DNA from: Paludibacteraceae bacterium
GTDB lineage: Bacteria > Bacteroidota > Bacteroidia > Bacteroidales > Paludibacteraceae
Direction: 5' to 3'
DNA: 64,000 nt
NCBI GenBank assembly: GCA_905233935.1
Contig: CAJOFU010000002.1
Span: 11,453-75,452 of the forward strand
The notes beneath the pieces are model-generated. The model searched no databases, was not told where the DNA came from, and worked only from the letters and a program-made list of their open reading frames with translations. Shown in pieces: positions 63,192 through 64,000 of this stretch. How positions within the stretch are numbered: the stretch's first letter is position 1; every line of letters starts with the position of its first letter. Made by a program: the position numbers and the translations under genes.

Positions 63192-64000
63192 ATGACAAGA
63201 TTTCTTATTTCTTCGTTGTCGGCAGTATGTATTGTATTTGCCGCGTGCACACCCGCACAACAGCCCGTACGTCAGGAGCGCTTGCTCACCGAGTGGGAGT
63301 TTACGCTGATTGATTCGGCTGACCACCCCATTGGCGTCGGTTGGCAAAATGTGACTGTGCCCCACGATTGGGCAATCAGCGGCGCGTTTGACCGCGAGAA
63401 CGACCTGCAAAAGGTAGTTGTAGTACAAAACGGCGAGAACGAAGCCACATGGAAAACCGGTCGTAGCGGTGGTCTGCCATGGATGGGCAAGGGACATTAC
63501 CACGCACGCATCAAAGTCGATACCACGAAGTTTAACACCCTCGTGTTCGACGGTGCTATGTCGCACGCCGACGTGTATATCAACGGCGAAGAGGTGTGCT
63601 ACTGGCCGTACGGTTACAACACGTTTGATTGCTATGTATTGCCGCAACTGCTCACAAGTGACAGTGTGGATATAGATGTCTATCTCGAAAACAACCCCCA
63701 ACAGAGCCGCTGGTATCCGGGTGCAGGTATTTACCGCAACGTACATCTGATAGCCACCGACAAGATTCACGTGCCTACTTTTGGGGTGCTCATTCGTACG
63801 CCGAAGGCGAGCAGGGAGACGGCGGTTGTAATATTCGCGACTGAATTGCAGAACGGTGTGGAAACCACTACAGCCGGGGAGGCAGGTGTGGAGATCGTGA
63901 CAGACATCCTGTTTAATGGCAAGGTCGTTGCCACCATCAACGGTCAGGAAGGCAGCACGGAGGTTAAGAATCCGCAGCTTTGGTCACCAGAAACGCCTAA
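63192..64000 (+). CDS. Glycoside hydrolase family 2 (beta-galactosidase-like), 5' partial, runs off the window
   Basis: Hand-translated, open from ATG 63192 to the window end: MTRFLISSLSAVCIVFAAC (lipobox) ... WQNVTVPHDWAI ... FDGAMSHADVYINGEEV ... GAGIYRNVHLIATDKIH ... NPQLWSPETP. Not in the ORF track because it has no stop in the window. Confidence 0.85.
   Translation, partial: MTRFLISSLSAVCIVFAACTPAQQPVRQERLLTEWEFTLIDSADHPIGVGWQNVTVPHDWAISGAFDRENDLQKVVVVQNGENEATWKTGRSGGLPWMGKGHYHARIKVDTTKFNTLVFDGAMSHADVYINGEEVCYWPYGYNTFDCYVLPQLLTSDSVDIDVYLENNPQQSRWYPGAGIYRNVHLIATDKIHVPTFGVLIRTPKASRETAVVIFATELQNGVETTTAGEAGVEIVTDILFNGKVVATINGQEGSTEVKNPQLWSPETP

Noticed and set aside
63177-63770. 197-aa ORF on the minus strand
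   Set aside because: It is antisense to a clearly recognisable GH2 reading frame (open from 63192 to the window end, with GH2 motifs). Its composition looks like a shadow ORF.

Overview
This 64-kb window is a chromosomal segment with clear Bacteroidota features, probably Bacteroidales or Prevotellaceae-like (taxon is an inference). Almost every transcription unit is preceded by a -33 TTTG / 20-nt spacer / -7 TAnnTTTG promoter, often as ATTTGCAAAT...TGTAnCTTTGCA. Shine-Dalgarno sequences are essentially absent and genes are tightly packed.

Most content is housekeeping:
- A lipid kinase / TPR / lipoprotein / M23 / FKBP block.
- rimM, a SpoU methyltransferase and a U32-family gene, followed by mfd and kdsB.
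- A 1361-aa BspA-type LRR surface protein.
- An outer-membrane barrel / RHH / CPA2 antiporter operon.
- tRNA-His, and a tRNA-Pro + tRNA-Ala pair.
- ampG, a second U32 gene, and pnuC / CE4 deacetylase / ROK glucokinase.
- The distal dcw genes murC-ftsQ-ftsA-ftsZ, then dedA, comF, lepA and tmRNA.
- An envelope cluster: GT2, lipid A acyltransferase, cdsA, Wzi-like protein, skp, two ABC-2 permeases, folD, mlaD and an amidase.
- A 5'-partial GH2 gene that runs off the window end and is missing from the ORF track.

I see no rRNA, CRISPR array, transposase, integrase or recognisable defence genes.

The things most worth a second look are:
1. A ~2.9-kb orphan island (32.98-35.87 kb) between the tRNA pair and murC. 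It holds three unrecognisable ORFs, long repeat-rich non-coding stretches, and the only strong SD in the window.
2. A pervasive class of period-7 (occasionally 9-11) micro-tandem arrays. They fill many cistron junctions and also sit in frame inside the CE4 deacetylase, a nucleotidyltransferase and MurC.
3. Four 11-bp iterons in front of an RHH gene that is translationally coupled to a CPA2 antiporter.
4. An identical ~25-40-nt promoter module reused at four loci.

All calls come from reading the sequence and from motif recall. No searches or computations were run.
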